Part shown: positions 25,019 to 34,581 of the stretch, one piece after another
Layout: each line of letters starts with the position of its first letter
Position numbering within the stretch: the stretch's first letter is position 1
Source of the DNA: Deltaproteobacteria bacterium
GTDB lineage: Bacteria > Myxococcota_A > UBA9160 > SMWR01
Assembly: GCA_032128115.1 (NCBI GenBank)
Contig: JAQBHB010000084.1
Span: forward strand, 1-60,307
DNA: 60,307 nt
Direction: 5' to 3'
Program-made: the position numbers and the translations under genes
The notes under the pieces: model-generated
The model's input: only the letters and a program-made list of their open reading frames with translations
What the model was told of the DNA's origin: nothing
Databases searched by the model: none

Positions 25019-26020
25019 TCAGGGCAGCGGAACCTGCCGCACCTTGACTCCCGCTTCGCGCAGGAGCGCCAGAGAAACGTCCGCCATGGGGTAATCGGCG
25101 TTGTAGGCCACCTCGGCCAGGTCCGCGTTGATGATCATCTTGGTGCAGATCAGACACGGACAGAAGGTGGTGAAGAGCGTTCCGCGTCGCACCGAGACGC
25201 CGTGGTACGCGGCCTGGGTGATGGCGTTCTCCTCCCCGTGGGAACACAGGCACTCGCCGAGTCCGGTAGCGGATTCGGCGAACGAGTTGCAGCGCGGGCA
25301 GCCTCCCTCGTTGCAGTTGCGCGTACCTCGGGGCGTTCCGTTGTAGCCGGTGGAGATGATGCGCCGATCGGTGGCGATGACACAGCCCACTTTGCGCTTG
25401 ACGCAGTTGCTGCGGGTGGCCACCACCCGGGCAATCGACATGAAGTACTCGTCCCAGCTGGGCCGTTCAAAAAAAAAGCTCCGTTCCAGGATCCGCTGGA
25501 TTCCGGCGTGCAACGTCGCGAGGTCGCTTTCGTTGTCGATGACGGCATCCGCCAGCGCCTCCACCGCCAGCAGCTGCTGGGCCGCCGGGTCGTCGCTCGC
25601 CAGCTCCCGCTCCTCGAGCCGCCGGAATTCTTCCAGGGCCTGGGGGTCGCCCGCGCGCCCGCGCGCCCGGATCCGTGCCAGGCGCGTGGCGGGGTCGGCG
25701 CGGATCCAGAGCAGGTTGAAGCCGTCGGCGCGCTCGCGAAGCACCTCGACCTCGGCCGGATGGCGGATCGAGTCGATCACGTAGTTGCGGTCGAAGGAGA
25801 GCTTGCGCGCCAGGCGCTCGGCCAGCGCACCCGGTCCCTCGGCGCTGCGCAGCGCCCGCCCCGCTTCGATCATGCGTTCGCGGGTCTCCTCGACGCCCTG
25901 TCGGCTCAGCTCGTCCCGGATCACGTCCGAGAGCGAGAGGGGGTAGAAGCTGCGGCGTTCGAGGAAGCTGACCACCTCGCCCTTGCCGGCTCCGTTGCGG
26001 CCCGAGACGCCGATGATCAT
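25019..26020 (-). CDS. P-loop nucleotide-kinase-like domain fused to dCMP deaminase
   Basis: GRNGAGK, DSIRHPAE; RPSWDEYFM, TGYNG, and zinc motifs HGEENA and PCLIC. Confidence 0.9.
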   Translation of the reverse strand: MIIGVSGRNGAGKGEVVSFLERRSFYPLSLSDVIRDELSRQGVEETRERMIEAGRALRSAEGPGALAERLARKLSFDRNYVIDSIRHPAEVEVLRERADGFNLLWIRADPATRLARIRARGRAGDPQALEEFRRLEERELASDDPAAQQLLAVEALADAVIDNESDLATLHAGIQRILERSFFFERPSWDEYFMSIARVVATRSNCVKRKVGCVIATDRRIISTGYNGTPRGTRNCNEGGCPRCNSFAESATGLGECLCSHGEENAITQAAYHGVSVRRGTLFTTFCPCLICTKMIINADLAEVAYNADYPMADVSLALLREAGVKVRQVPLP

Positions 26021-26103
26021 GCCAATCCCCCCTGAGACCGGGCCAGCATACCCCGCCCCACGCCTCCCTAGCCATGCGGGCGCTGCTCTGGCAGCCTGCG
26101 AGC

Positions 26104-27006
26104 GTGCGCGCACTCGTGACCGGAGCTGCAGGATTCGTGGGGAGCCACCTGGTTCCGCGCCTTCGGGCCGACGGGGCCCGGATCTTCGCCCACGACCGGG
26201 AACTCGACGTATGCGACGCCGCGGCCGTGGCCAGTCGGGTGCGCGAGGTCGGCCCCGACACCATCGTGCACCTGGCGGCCCTGACGTCGGTGCCCCACTC
26301 GCGCCGCGAGCCCGAACTCACGTACCGAGTCAACTACCTGGGGACACGGGCGGTGCTCGACGCGGCCCTTCAGCATGCCCCCGACGCGCGGGTGCTGATC
26401 GTCTGCACGGCCGAAGAGTATGGCTCGGCGGCTCCCGGCTCGGATCCCTTCAGCGAGGCGTCGCCCCTGCGGCCCGGCTCACCCTACGCCCGCAGCAAGG
26501 CGGCCGCCGACCTGCTGGGCGCCCAGTACGCCTCCCGCGGCCTGGATGTGGTGCGGGTGCGCGCCTTCAATCACGCGGGTCCGGGCCAGTCCAGCGACTT
26601 CGTGATCGCGAGCTTCGCGCAACAGATCGCCGCCATCGCCGGCCGAAAGCGCGATGCCGTGCTTCGCGTGGGCAACCTCGACTCGGTTCGCGACTTCCTG
26701 GACGTGCGCGACGTGATCGAGGCCTACGTGCGCCTGCTGGACCGCCGGGTGCCGGCCGGGGTCTACAACGTGGCCAGTGGCGTGGGCACGCGAGTCGGCG
26801 CGCCGCTGGACATTCTGCTGGCCCTGGCGGGCGTGCACCCGGTCATCGAGATCGATCCCGAGCGGCTGCGACCCGCCGATTTCTCGGTGGGCGACGCCAG
26901 CCGTCTGCGTGCGACCACCGGCTGGAAGCCGCAAATCGATCTGGCCGACACCCTGCGCCAGGTATTCGACTATTGGCAGCAGGAGGTCGCTGCGGACCGC
27001 GTCTGA
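26104..27006 (+). CDS. Extended SDR, GDP-4-dehydro-6-deoxy-D-mannose reductase (Rmd)/GMD-like
   Basis: TGAAGFVG, HLAA, YARSK, RAFNHAGPGQ, VGNLDSVRDFLDVRDV. Confidence 0.85.
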   Translation: MRALVTGAAGFVGSHLVPRLRADGARIFAHDRELDVCDAAAVASRVREVGPDTIVHLAALTSVPHSRREPELTYRVNYLGTRAVLDAALQHAPDARVLIVCTAEEYGSAAPGSDPFSEASPLRPGSPYARSKAAADLLGAQYASRGLDVVRVRAFNHAGPGQSSDFVIASFAQQIAAIAGRKRDAVLRVGNLDSVRDFLDVRDVIEAYVRLLDRRVPAGVYNVASGVGTRVGAPLDILLALAGVHPVIEIDPERLRPADFSVGDASRLRATTGWKPQIDLADTLRQVFDYWQQEVAADRV

Positions 27007-27011
27007 GTCGC

Positions 27012-27929
27012 TCAGACGCGGTCCCTGCTCGCGCACAACGACAACCAGGACTCGCCGCCGTCGTCGAGCATCTCGCGCTCGCCCACCACCCGGAGCCCCG
27101 CGGCCGCAAGCGCCTCGACGACCGGATCGCGCTCCACCGCCAACAGACCCGAGAAGACCGCGTGTCCCCCCGGACGCGTACAAGCCGCGATGCGTGCCAG
27201 GCACGGCAGCATCTCGGTGCGCAGCAGGTTCGCCACCACAAGCTCGAACGTCACCGGCGCCAGCGCCTCGAAGCCCCCGGTGAAGACCTGGAACGCCCCG
27301 ATCAGGTCGTTCTCCCGGGCGTGGGCGCGGGCCGAGGGCGCCGCCAGGGGGTCCAGGTCGAAGCCGACGGCGCGGGTTCCCGCTGGCGCCAGACGCAACG
27401 CCGCCAGCGCCAGCACGCCCGTGCCCGTGCCCACGTCCAGCAGCCACGCGCTCTCGGCGAGGTCCGGCGCCAACGCGTCGATCCACGCGAGGGCCAGGTG
27501 TGTGGAGGCGTGGCCACCGGTGCCGAAGGCCTGCCCCGGATCGATTCGCAGCTCGCACTGGCCCGGAGCCGCCTCGTGTGCGACGAAAGAGGGGCGAATG
27601 ACCAGACGAGGCGACACGATGATGGGGCCGAGCCCCTGCTTCCAGGCTTCGGACCAGTCCGCATCGGGCACCGCTTCGGGATCGCCCACGCGGACACCGT
27701 CCACTCCTGCGACGGCCCGTCGCACCGCTTCGGAAAGAGACCCGGGGGCGAACACCAGGAGCAGGAACGGATACGCCCCCTCGCCCACCCGCTCCTCCAT
27801 TCCCACGGCGCCCGCCGCATACGCTTCGGCTACCACGCGTTCGGCCCGCGGGCCGTCTTCCGCGTCGACCCGGATGCGCACGAAGTCCCGGCTGCGGCTG
27901 GCGCTCTGCGGTGTGCTGTTGCTCGCCAA
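27012..27929 (-). CDS. prmA: Ribosomal protein L11 methyltransferase
   Basis: DWSEAWK, IDPGQAFGTGGHAST, LDVGTGTGVL, VVANL, FSGLL. Start uncertain (27929 or 27881). Confidence 0.9.
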   Translation of the reverse strand: MASNSTPQSASRSRDFVRIRVDAEDGPRAERVVAEAYAAGAVGMEERVGEGAYPFLLLVFAPGSLSEAVRRAVAGVDGVRVGDPEAVPDADWSEAWKQGLGPIIVSPRLVIRPSFVAHEAAPGQCELRIDPGQAFGTGGHASTHLALAWIDALAPDLAESAWLLDVGTGTGVLALAALRLAPAGTRAVGFDLDPLAAPSARAHARENDLIGAFQVFTGGFEALAPVTFELVVANLLRTEMLPCLARIAACTRPGGHAVFSGLLAVERDPVVEALAAAGLRVVGEREMLDDGGESWLSLCASRDRV

Positions 27930-28917
27930 TTCGGGGTGCTACCTCGGGCACGTGGCCACGGGACAGATGCGCCTGCTGCGGGCGCGCCAACCCATCGATG
28001 CAATCCTCGCCGAAGCGTCCACACCCCAGGTGCTGCGCACGCAGCTGAACATGATCCAGGAGGTGCGCGCGTACGCCAGCGACCTGGGACTCGACGTGGG
28101 GCAACGATACACGAGCTACGTCGACTGGCCGGGCGACCGCGTCGTCACCATCGTGGTGGCCACGAAGCCGGGAAGCGTGGAGCCCACCGGCTGGAGCTTC
28201 CCGATCGTGGGCCGCGTGCCCTACAAGGGCTTCTTCGACGTGGAAGGGGCGGACGCGGAGGCCGAGTACCAGCGCGCCCGGGGCAACGATGTATGCCAGG
28301 TTCCGGTGCCCGCCTACTCGACACTGGGCTGGTTCGACGATCCGATCACGGCGCCCATGTTGAGGGGCGGAGACGAACAGACCGTGGAAACGGTGCTCCA
28401 CGAGCTGGTCCACGCCACGGTTTTCGTGCCGGACGAAGCCGACTTCAACGAGGGCGTGGCCCGCTTCGTTGCTGAAGAGGCCAGCGTGCGATTCCTGGCC
28501 CGAGCCGGGCGCGACGGCGAGGCCGCGTCGGCACGCCTGCGCATCGAGGACTGGCGCCGGATCCGGACCGAGACGCTGCAGCTGCGAAGCCGTGTGGCAG
28601 AGCTCTACGCGCAAGCGCCGGACGACCCCGCCCGGGCCGCCCGACGCGGGGACCTGGAGCAGCAGACCCGAGACACCGTCGCGGCGCTGGATCTGGACAC
28701 CCGCGACGCCGCCCGGATCGCGCAGGGACTGCGCTTGAACGATGCCTGCCTTGGCCTGGTGGGAACCTACGAGGCCGACGTGGATCGCTACGGGGAGCGC
28801 CTGGCCGAGCTGGAGGGCGACCTCGGGGCTTTCGTGGCCGCCATGCGCGGCGCCGCGGAGACCCCCGACCCGCGAGCCGGTCTCCTGGGCCCCGGGGTGC
28901 CAAGCCAGACGCCCTGA
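27874..28917 (+). CDS. Putative zinc aminopeptidase lipoprotein (DUF2265-like)
   Basis: Lipobox NSGC; WSFPIVGRVPYKGFF, VPAYSTLGWFDDP, HELVH...FNEG. Confidence 0.85.
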   Translation: MRTKSRLRLALCGVLLLANSGCYLGHVATGQMRLLRARQPIDAILAEASTPQVLRTQLNMIQEVRAYASDLGLDVGQRYTSYVDWPGDRVVTIVVATKPGSVEPTGWSFPIVGRVPYKGFFDVEGADAEAEYQRARGNDVCQVPVPAYSTLGWFDDPITAPMLRGGDEQTVETVLHELVHATVFVPDEADFNEGVARFVAEEASVRFLARAGRDGEAASARLRIEDWRRIRTETLQLRSRVAELYAQAPDDPARAARRGDLEQQTRDTVAALDLDTRDAARIAQGLRLNDACLGLVGTYEADVDRYGERLAELEGDLGAFVAAMRGAAETPDPRAGLLGPGVPSQTP

Positions 28918-28964
28918 ATCCATTCTCTCAGGGCCGACCCCCAACGTTCCGAAACGGGGGGACC

Positions 28965-29963
28965 GTGTCCATGAAGCCCGCAGCTCCCGAGATCCTGAGC
29001 CTCGAGCGGGCCGTCGAATCGGCTCGCCGGCTGCGCGCCAATGTGGAGCGGGCCCTGCGCGGAAAGCCCGAGGTCGTGCGCCGTGCGGTGGAGACCCTGA
29101 TCGCCGGCGGTCACCTGCTGCTGGAAGACGTGCCGGGAGTCGGCAAGACCACCCTGGCCCACGCCCTGGCCCGCTCGATCGACGCGACGTTCTCCCGGAT
29201 CCAGTTCACCAGCGATCTCCTGCCCAGTGACCTGCTGGGAAGCGTGGTTCCTGAACGGATGGCTCCGGACGCGGGTCGTTCGTCCGGTGGTTTCGTGTTC
29301 CAGCCGGGCCCGATCTTCGCTCACGTCGTACTGGCTGACGAAATCAACCGCGCCAGCCCCAAGGCCCAATCGGCTCTACTGGAAGCCATGAGCGAGGGAG
29401 CCGTGACGGTGGAGGGCATCAGCCATCCACTTCCGCGCCCGTTCTTCGTGGTTGCCACCCAGAACCCCCTGGAGCACCACGGCACGCACCCGCTGCCCGA
29501 GTCCCAGCTGGATCGATTCATGCTGCGTTGCGGCGTGGGCTACCCGGATCCGGAGCACGAAGCGGCGGTGCTGCGTGAAGATCCGGCAGCCAGCGAGCTG
29601 CCCCGCCTCGCGCCGGTGGTGAGCCTGGACGAATTGCTCGGCATGCAGGCGGTGGCGCGCCACATCAAGTTCGACGACGCACTGGCCGGCTACCTGCTGG
29701 CCATCGTGCACGAGACCCGGGATCACGAGACCCTGGAGGTCGGCGTGTCGCCCCGCGGAGCCATCGCCCTGCGGCGCGCGGCCCAGGCTCGCGCGCTGGT
29801 CGAAGGTCGCGATTACTGCATCCCCGACGACGTGCGCGACCTGGTGGTGGACGTGTGCGCCCACCGGGTGATGATCGATCCCCGCTCCGCCCCGTCGCGA
29901 AGCGGCGAGGTGGCCGCGTGGACCCTGCGCGAAATCGTCGATCAGGTCCCCGTTCCGCTCTGA
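28965..29963 (+). CDS. MoxR-family AAA+ ATPase
   Basis: EDVPGVGKT, RIQFTSDLLPSD, ADEINRA, ATQNP, LPESQLDRF. Confidence 0.95.
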   Translation: MSMKPAAPEILSLERAVESARRLRANVERALRGKPEVVRRAVETLIAGGHLLLEDVPGVGKTTLAHALARSIDATFSRIQFTSDLLPSDLLGSVVPERMAPDAGRSSGGFVFQPGPIFAHVVLADEINRASPKAQSALLEAMSEGAVTVEGISHPLPRPFFVVATQNPLEHHGTHPLPESQLDRFMLRCGVGYPDPEHEAAVLREDPAASELPRLAPVVSLDELLGMQAVARHIKFDDALAGYLLAIVHETRDHETLEVGVSPRGAIALRRAAQARALVEGRDYCIPDDVRDLVVDVCAHRVMIDPRSAPSRSGEVAAWTLREIVDQVPVPL

Positions 29964-30961
29964 GCGGTCTTGCCCGGCTGCATTTCTGGCTGCGGACGCT
30001 TCGCCGCTGGTTGCGGCCGCCGCGCCGGCTCTCCCCCACCCGCGCAGGCTGGGCCTTCTTCGCCATCACGTTCGGCGTGGGCTTCGCGGCTCTCAACACC
30101 GGCAACAACCTGCTGTACCTGGTGCTGGCACTGATGCTGTCGTTCCTGGTGCTGTCGGGCGTGCTGTCCGAGTCCGCCCTGCGCGGCATCGCCGTGCGCC
30201 GGCGCCTTCCCCACGAGGTCTTCGCCGAGGCTCCGGCTCCCGTCGCACTCGAGATCCACAACCTGCAGCGCCGGGTTCCGGCCTTTGCCGTGTGGGTCGA
30301 GGACCGCGCGCGCACGCCGGCCGGGCCCCGGAGTGTCGGTCGGGTCTTCGCGCTCCGGATCGCGCCGCAAGCCCACGAGCTCCGCAGTTACGGGCTGCGG
30401 TCCGATCGGAGAGGTCCCCTGGAACTGCTTGGATTCCGGGTCTTTACGCGGTTTCCCTTCGGGCTCTTCGTGAAGTCCCTGGAGATCCGGGATGCCATCG
30501 AGGTGCTCGTGTACCCGGCGGTCGAGGCGGTGGTCGCGCCGCCTTCGATTGGCGCAGCACACCGAGGCGGCGAGAGCCGAACGGGGCCGGGGGCGGCGGT
30601 CGGCGACGTGGCCGGCCTGCGCCCCTTTGCGCCCGGCGATCCGGCGCGACGCATCCACTGGCGGGCCTCCCTGCGCAGTGGCGAGCTCGTGGTTCGCGAC
30701 GTGGAAACCGAGCACGCAGCCGAGGTGGAGGTGCGGCTGCGCACCGGCGACGCCGAGCCGGGCAGCCCTTTCGAGCGGCTCGTGGCTTGGGCGGCTTCCG
30801 AGGTGGTGTGCTGGCTCGACGCCGGAGGTCGCGTGTCTCTGCGCACCGACCGCTACCGCGTCGAAGCCGACTCCGGATCCCGGCACCGCGCCCGACTCCT
30901 CTCGTTTCTCGCGCGGGTCGAGCCGGATGTGCCGGATGTGCCGGAAGCGGAACTGCCGTGA
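29855..30961 (+). CDS. DUF58-domain protein
   Basis: AALNTGNNLLYL, TRFPFGLF, LRPFAPGDPARRIHWRAS. True start probably near 29960-30010. Confidence 0.88.
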   Translation: MRPPGDDRSPLRPVAKRRGGRVDPARNRRSGPRSALSGLARLHFWLRTLRRWLRPPRRLSPTRAGWAFFAITFGVGFAALNTGNNLLYLVLALMLSFLVLSGVLSESALRGIAVRRRLPHEVFAEAPAPVALEIHNLQRRVPAFAVWVEDRARTPAGPRSVGRVFALRIAPQAHELRSYGLRSDRRGPLELLGFRVFTRFPFGLFVKSLEIRDAIEVLVYPAVEAVVAPPSIGAAHRGGESRTGPGAAVGDVAGLRPFAPGDPARRIHWRASLRSGELVVRDVETEHAAEVEVRLRTGDAEPGSPFERLVAWAASEVVCWLDAGGRVSLRTDRYRVEADSGSRHRARLLSFLARVEPDVPDVPEAELP

Positions 30962-33051
30962 GCCTCGCCGTCCCGACCTCGGCGCCCCGGCCCGCCGCCG
31001 CCTGGCTGATGGTGAGCCTGGCCAGCGCCACGCTCTGGATCACGCTCCAGATCGCGCCGTGGGTGATCGCGATCCAGGTACTGGCGTTTGCCGGATCGTT
31101 CGTCCGACGCGAGCGAGCCTTCGCCTGGCAACACAGCGCCGTGGTGCTGGACGTGGCCATGGTCGGCATCGTGGGCCTGACACTGGTGATGGTGTCGGGC
31201 GTCGCCCCGGCCACCATCGCCCTGGGCCACTTCGCCGCATTGACCCAGGGACTTCAGCTCCTGGACGCGCGACCCCGCAAGAGCGAATTCCTGCTGGTGA
31301 CGCTGGCGGTCTTCCAGGTGATCCTGGCCGCCAACCTGACCGACAGTGTCTTCTTCACCCCCCTGCTGGTGGCCACACTGCTGGCCACGGTCTGGACCTT
31401 GATGGTCCACACGCTTCGAATGGAGGCCATCGAGGCGGGGTCTCCCCAGTCGCCGACGCGCGCCATCACGCCGGGACTGATGCGGACCACCCTGGTGGCT
31501 TCGGGCCTGGCGATGGCGCTGGCCCTGGTGCTGTTCCTGCTGCTGCCGCGCCTGCGTTCGAGTGTGGTGAGCGGCCGCGTGCTGGCTCCAACGCACGCCA
31601 GCGCGGGCTTCTCCGAGACGGTCGAGCTCGGCACCCTGGGACGCATTCGCCAGGACGCCAGCGTGGTGCTGCGGGTCGAGACGCTGGAGGGCGAAGCGCC
31701 GGACGCTACCCAGGCCTACTGGCGCGGGCTCGCCTTCGATCGCTTCGATGGCCGCTCCTGGTCCATCACGCCACCCGGCCGCGACCTCGTGGCGGGAAGC
31801 GCCGAGACCGGGCTCTCGTTCGGACGCGATCCGGATGCAGCCAACCTGGTGCAACGGATCGTGCGCGAACCCGTACAGGGCGGCGTCCTCTTCATCGCGG
31901 GCGAGGTCCAGCGACTGCACGGGAGCGTGCCGCGCCTGCAACGCGACACCAGCGGCGGCTTCTACGCCGTTCTCCAGGAGGACAAACGTGTGCGCTACAC
32001 GGTGGCGTCGCGTGTGCATGCGACGCGCGATTCCGAGCTGGCGGGCGACCCCGCGCGCTCGCCGGACCGTCAGGGCACCCGATACCTGCAGCGCCCGGTC
32101 CCCGGGGCGACGCCGCCAGCACTCGCGCAGCGAATTACCGCCGGCGCACGCAGCGACGCTGAGCGCATGCGGGCCCTCGAGAATCACCTGCTCACCCGCG
32201 GTCGCTACACCGATTACCCGCCGGACCTCGCTGATGAAGGCGGGCCGTCGCCGATCCTGGCCTTCCTCGAGGGCGACCTGGCTGGACACTGCGAGTACTT
32301 CGCGTCGGCGCTGGTGCTGCTGGCGCGCGACCTGGAGATCCCGGCGCGGCTGGTCAACGGGTTCGCCGGCGGTCACGAGAATCGCATCGGGGGCTTCCTC
32401 GAGCTCACCCGCTCCGACGCCCACACCTGGGTCGAGGTGCACTACGCGAACGCCGGCTGGGTTCGCTACGACCCCACCCCACCCGACCTGCGCAGCCGGG
32501 CGGCACCCCCCCTGTCGCTGTCCACGAACGTGCGCGACCTGGCGAGTGCCGTCGAGCTGTGGTGGTTCCAGCGCGTGGTGGGTTTCGATCGCTCGGATCA
32601 GATGTTCGCCATCCAGCGCGCCTGGCTGGCCTGGAAGGGCGCGCAACACGGCCAGAGCGGTGCGCACGAGAAGAACGGCCGCTCGCGGGCAGCCTGGGAC
32701 GTGAAGGCCACCGGGCCGTGGCGAGAGGCGGCTGCGGCCCTGGCACTCGCGACCGCCGCGGGCCTCGTTGTGTGGTGGGTGCGGCGTTGGCGTGCGCGCC
32801 TGCAGGTGCACCCCGCGTACGGCGAGGCCCTGCGAACCCTGGCGCGCCGAAACCTCGAGCGTGGTCCCGCGGTCACGCCTCGCGCTTTCGCGCGCCAGGT
32901 GGCCAGCAAACTTCCCGACGGGCCGGCGTCGGCATTCGCGGCCCTCACCGAGCGATACCTGGCCGAGCGCTTCGGCGGGCGCCCCTGGACCGGGGCGCCC
33001 CGGGATCTGCGCGTGTTCCGTCAGAGTCTGCGGGGGATCCGGCGCCGTTAG
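30958..33051 (+). CDS. Membrane transglutaminase-like protein (TgpA/DUF3488-type)
   Basis: TM helices; YWRG; catalytic motifs GHCEYFASA, DAHTWVEV and YDPTP. GTGA overlap with DUF58. Confidence 0.9.
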   Translation: MSLAVPTSAPRPAAAWLMVSLASATLWITLQIAPWVIAIQVLAFAGSFVRRERAFAWQHSAVVLDVAMVGIVGLTLVMVSGVAPATIALGHFAALTQGLQLLDARPRKSEFLLVTLAVFQVILAANLTDSVFFTPLLVATLLATVWTLMVHTLRMEAIEAGSPQSPTRAITPGLMRTTLVASGLAMALALVLFLLLPRLRSSVVSGRVLAPTHASAGFSETVELGTLGRIRQDASVVLRVETLEGEAPDATQAYWRGLAFDRFDGRSWSITPPGRDLVAGSAETGLSFGRDPDAANLVQRIVREPVQGGVLFIAGEVQRLHGSVPRLQRDTSGGFYAVLQEDKRVRYTVASRVHATRDSELAGDPARSPDRQGTRYLQRPVPGATPPALAQRITAGARSDAERMRALENHLLTRGRYTDYPPDLADEGGPSPILAFLEGDLAGHCEYFASALVLLARDLEIPARLVNGFAGGHENRIGGFLELTRSDAHTWVEVHYANAGWVRYDPTPPDLRSRAAPPLSLSTNVRDLASAVELWWFQRVVGFDRSDQMFAIQRAWLAWKGAQHGQSGAHEKNGRSRAAWDVKATGPWREAAAALALATAAGLVVWWVRRWRARLQVHPAYGEALRTLARRNLERGPAVTPRAFARQVASKLPDGPASAFAALTERYLAERFGGRPWTGAPRDLRVFRQSLRGIRRR

Positions 33052-33081
33052 CCACCGGAAGGCTTCCGCGAGGGCGCTCGA

Positions 33082-33690
33082 CTACTTCTTGGACGGGCCC
33101 CTGCCGGACTCCACCACCAGCACCTTCCAGCCGTCGCCGGTCTCCGCCAGTGCGGCCGCCTCGGCCTGTCCCACCGTGTCGCACAGGATGACCAGGTTGC
33201 GGGTTCGGTTGCCGCCGATCTGCGAGAGGCGAACCCGGTACTCGATTTCGGTCTTCTTCTTCTCGACCGGAGGTAGCGTCGGCTCCGCGGACGCCTTCAC
33301 GGCCCTGCGTCGGGCCGCGCCCGGCTTCGGAACGTCGTGCTTGGGCGGTGCCGCGTCGGGAATCTCGGCGCGGGTGGCCTCCGCGTAGTACATGAGAAAC
33401 TCCGGGGGCGGCAGGTCGATTTGAAGCCCGATCCCGCCCCTCTCCACGCTGCGCAGCTCGTGCGGCACGAGTTTCAACCGCGCCACGCGGGCCTGGGCCA
33501 GAACCGGATGATCCTCACCTGGCAGGTTCAGCTCCAGATCGACGATCGCCCCCACATCGAGCTTGGCGCTGGTCTGGAGGAAGACCCCATTGGGCGAGAT
33601 GTCGAGAACCACCGCCGAGTAGCGACGCCCATCGGCCGTCATTCCACACGACATGCGCTTCTTGGCTCTCGGCAGGCGCCGGCGATTCAT
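33082..33690 (-). CDS. PilZ-domain protein
   Basis: RRRLPR and DISPNGVF motifs. Confidence 0.85.
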   Translation of the reverse strand: MNRRRLPRAKKRMSCGMTADGRRYSAVVLDISPNGVFLQTSAKLDVGAIVDLELNLPGEDHPVLAQARVARLKLVPHELRSVERGGIGLQIDLPPPEFLMYYAEATRAEIPDAAPPKHDVPKPGAARRRAVKASAEPTLPPVEKKKTEIEYRVRLSQIGGNRTRNLVILCDTVGQAEAAALAETGDGWKVLVVESGRGPSKK

Positions 33691-33777
33691 CGGAACTCCC
33701 CCGTCTCCGCTACGCGCTTTCGGCCCCTGGTGGCCCCTGCTTGAATGCCGCGCACGGACACCGACCGGCAGTTCCCG

Positions 33778-34578
33778 CTACAACGCCCCGTAAAGCTTGT
33801 GGGTCTGGGGAATCAGGCGGACCCGGGGCAAACGCCGCGCAACGCGCTGGACGGTCTGGAGCAGGCGCTCGGCGCCGGGAGCCTCGCGCACCGGGCCGTG
33901 GGGCGTGACGGGCTGCAGAACCACGGGCGTCGACCGGGCGACCCGTGCGATGCGTTCGCACATCTCGTCGATCTCCTCGTCCCGGGTTTCGAGGCTCAAC
34001 ACCACCTTCACCTCCACCTGCGAAGCGCGCTGTGCCACCCGCAGAAAGCTTTCGTGAGCATCGTGGAAATCGGCGACCGGCCCGTGTCGAGGATCCTCGA
34101 CGCGCCGTACATCGCTGGCGAGCTTCCAGTCCATGGCGACCACATCGATGACATCCACCACCTGCGCAAGCGCATCGACGGCAACGCCGTGGGTCTCCAG
34201 GTGGATGCGCGGACCGCGCGAGGCCAGGGTCCGGGCCAGCGCCCCCACGACTCCCGGCTGCAACAGGGGCTCGCCCCCCGTGAGGCTCACGAAACGGTGA
34301 GACGCGAGCTCGAGAGCCTCGGCCGCCTCGACGATCGCCTCGAGCGACACGGGGTTCGGCAGGGTCCGGAAGCGACCGCTGCCGCGCGCGATCTCCACCC
34401 GGCATTCCGACGCCGGCTCCCAGGTATGGGGGGAGTCGCACCAGCGGCAGCGCAGGTCGCAGCCGCCGAAGCGGATGAAGAGCGTGGTTTCGCCAACGTG
34501 GGTGCCCTCGCCCTGAACCGACGAGAAGATCTCCACGAGATTCGCACCCGGCAGTGCCGCGCGGGAATCGGCCGCCAC
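33778..34578 (-). CDS. queE: 7-carboxy-7-deazaguanine synthase (radical SAM)
   Basis: EIFSSVQGEG, CDLRCRWCDS, LTGGEPLLQ, LIPQTHK. Confidence 0.93.
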   Translation of the reverse strand: MAADSRAALPGANLVEIFSSVQGEGTHVGETTLFIRFGGCDLRCRWCDSPHTWEPASECRVEIARGSGRFRTLPNPVSLEAIVEAAEALELASHRFVSLTGGEPLLQPGVVGALARTLASRGPRIHLETHGVAVDALAQVVDVIDVVAMDWKLASDVRRVEDPRHGPVADFHDAHESFLRVAQRASQVEVKVVLSLETRDEEIDEMCERIARVARSTPVVLQPVTPHGPVREAPGAERLLQTVQRVARRLPRVRLIPQTHKLYGAL

Positions 34579-34581
34579 CGC

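Noticed and set aside
28965..33051. MoxR-DUF58-transglutaminase trio as a novel system
   Set aside because: A widespread, already described gene arrangement.
33778..34578. queE as part of a Dpd 7-deazaguanine DNA modification island
   Set aside because: No dpdA/tgt-like, queC, queD or folE genes recognised in the window.
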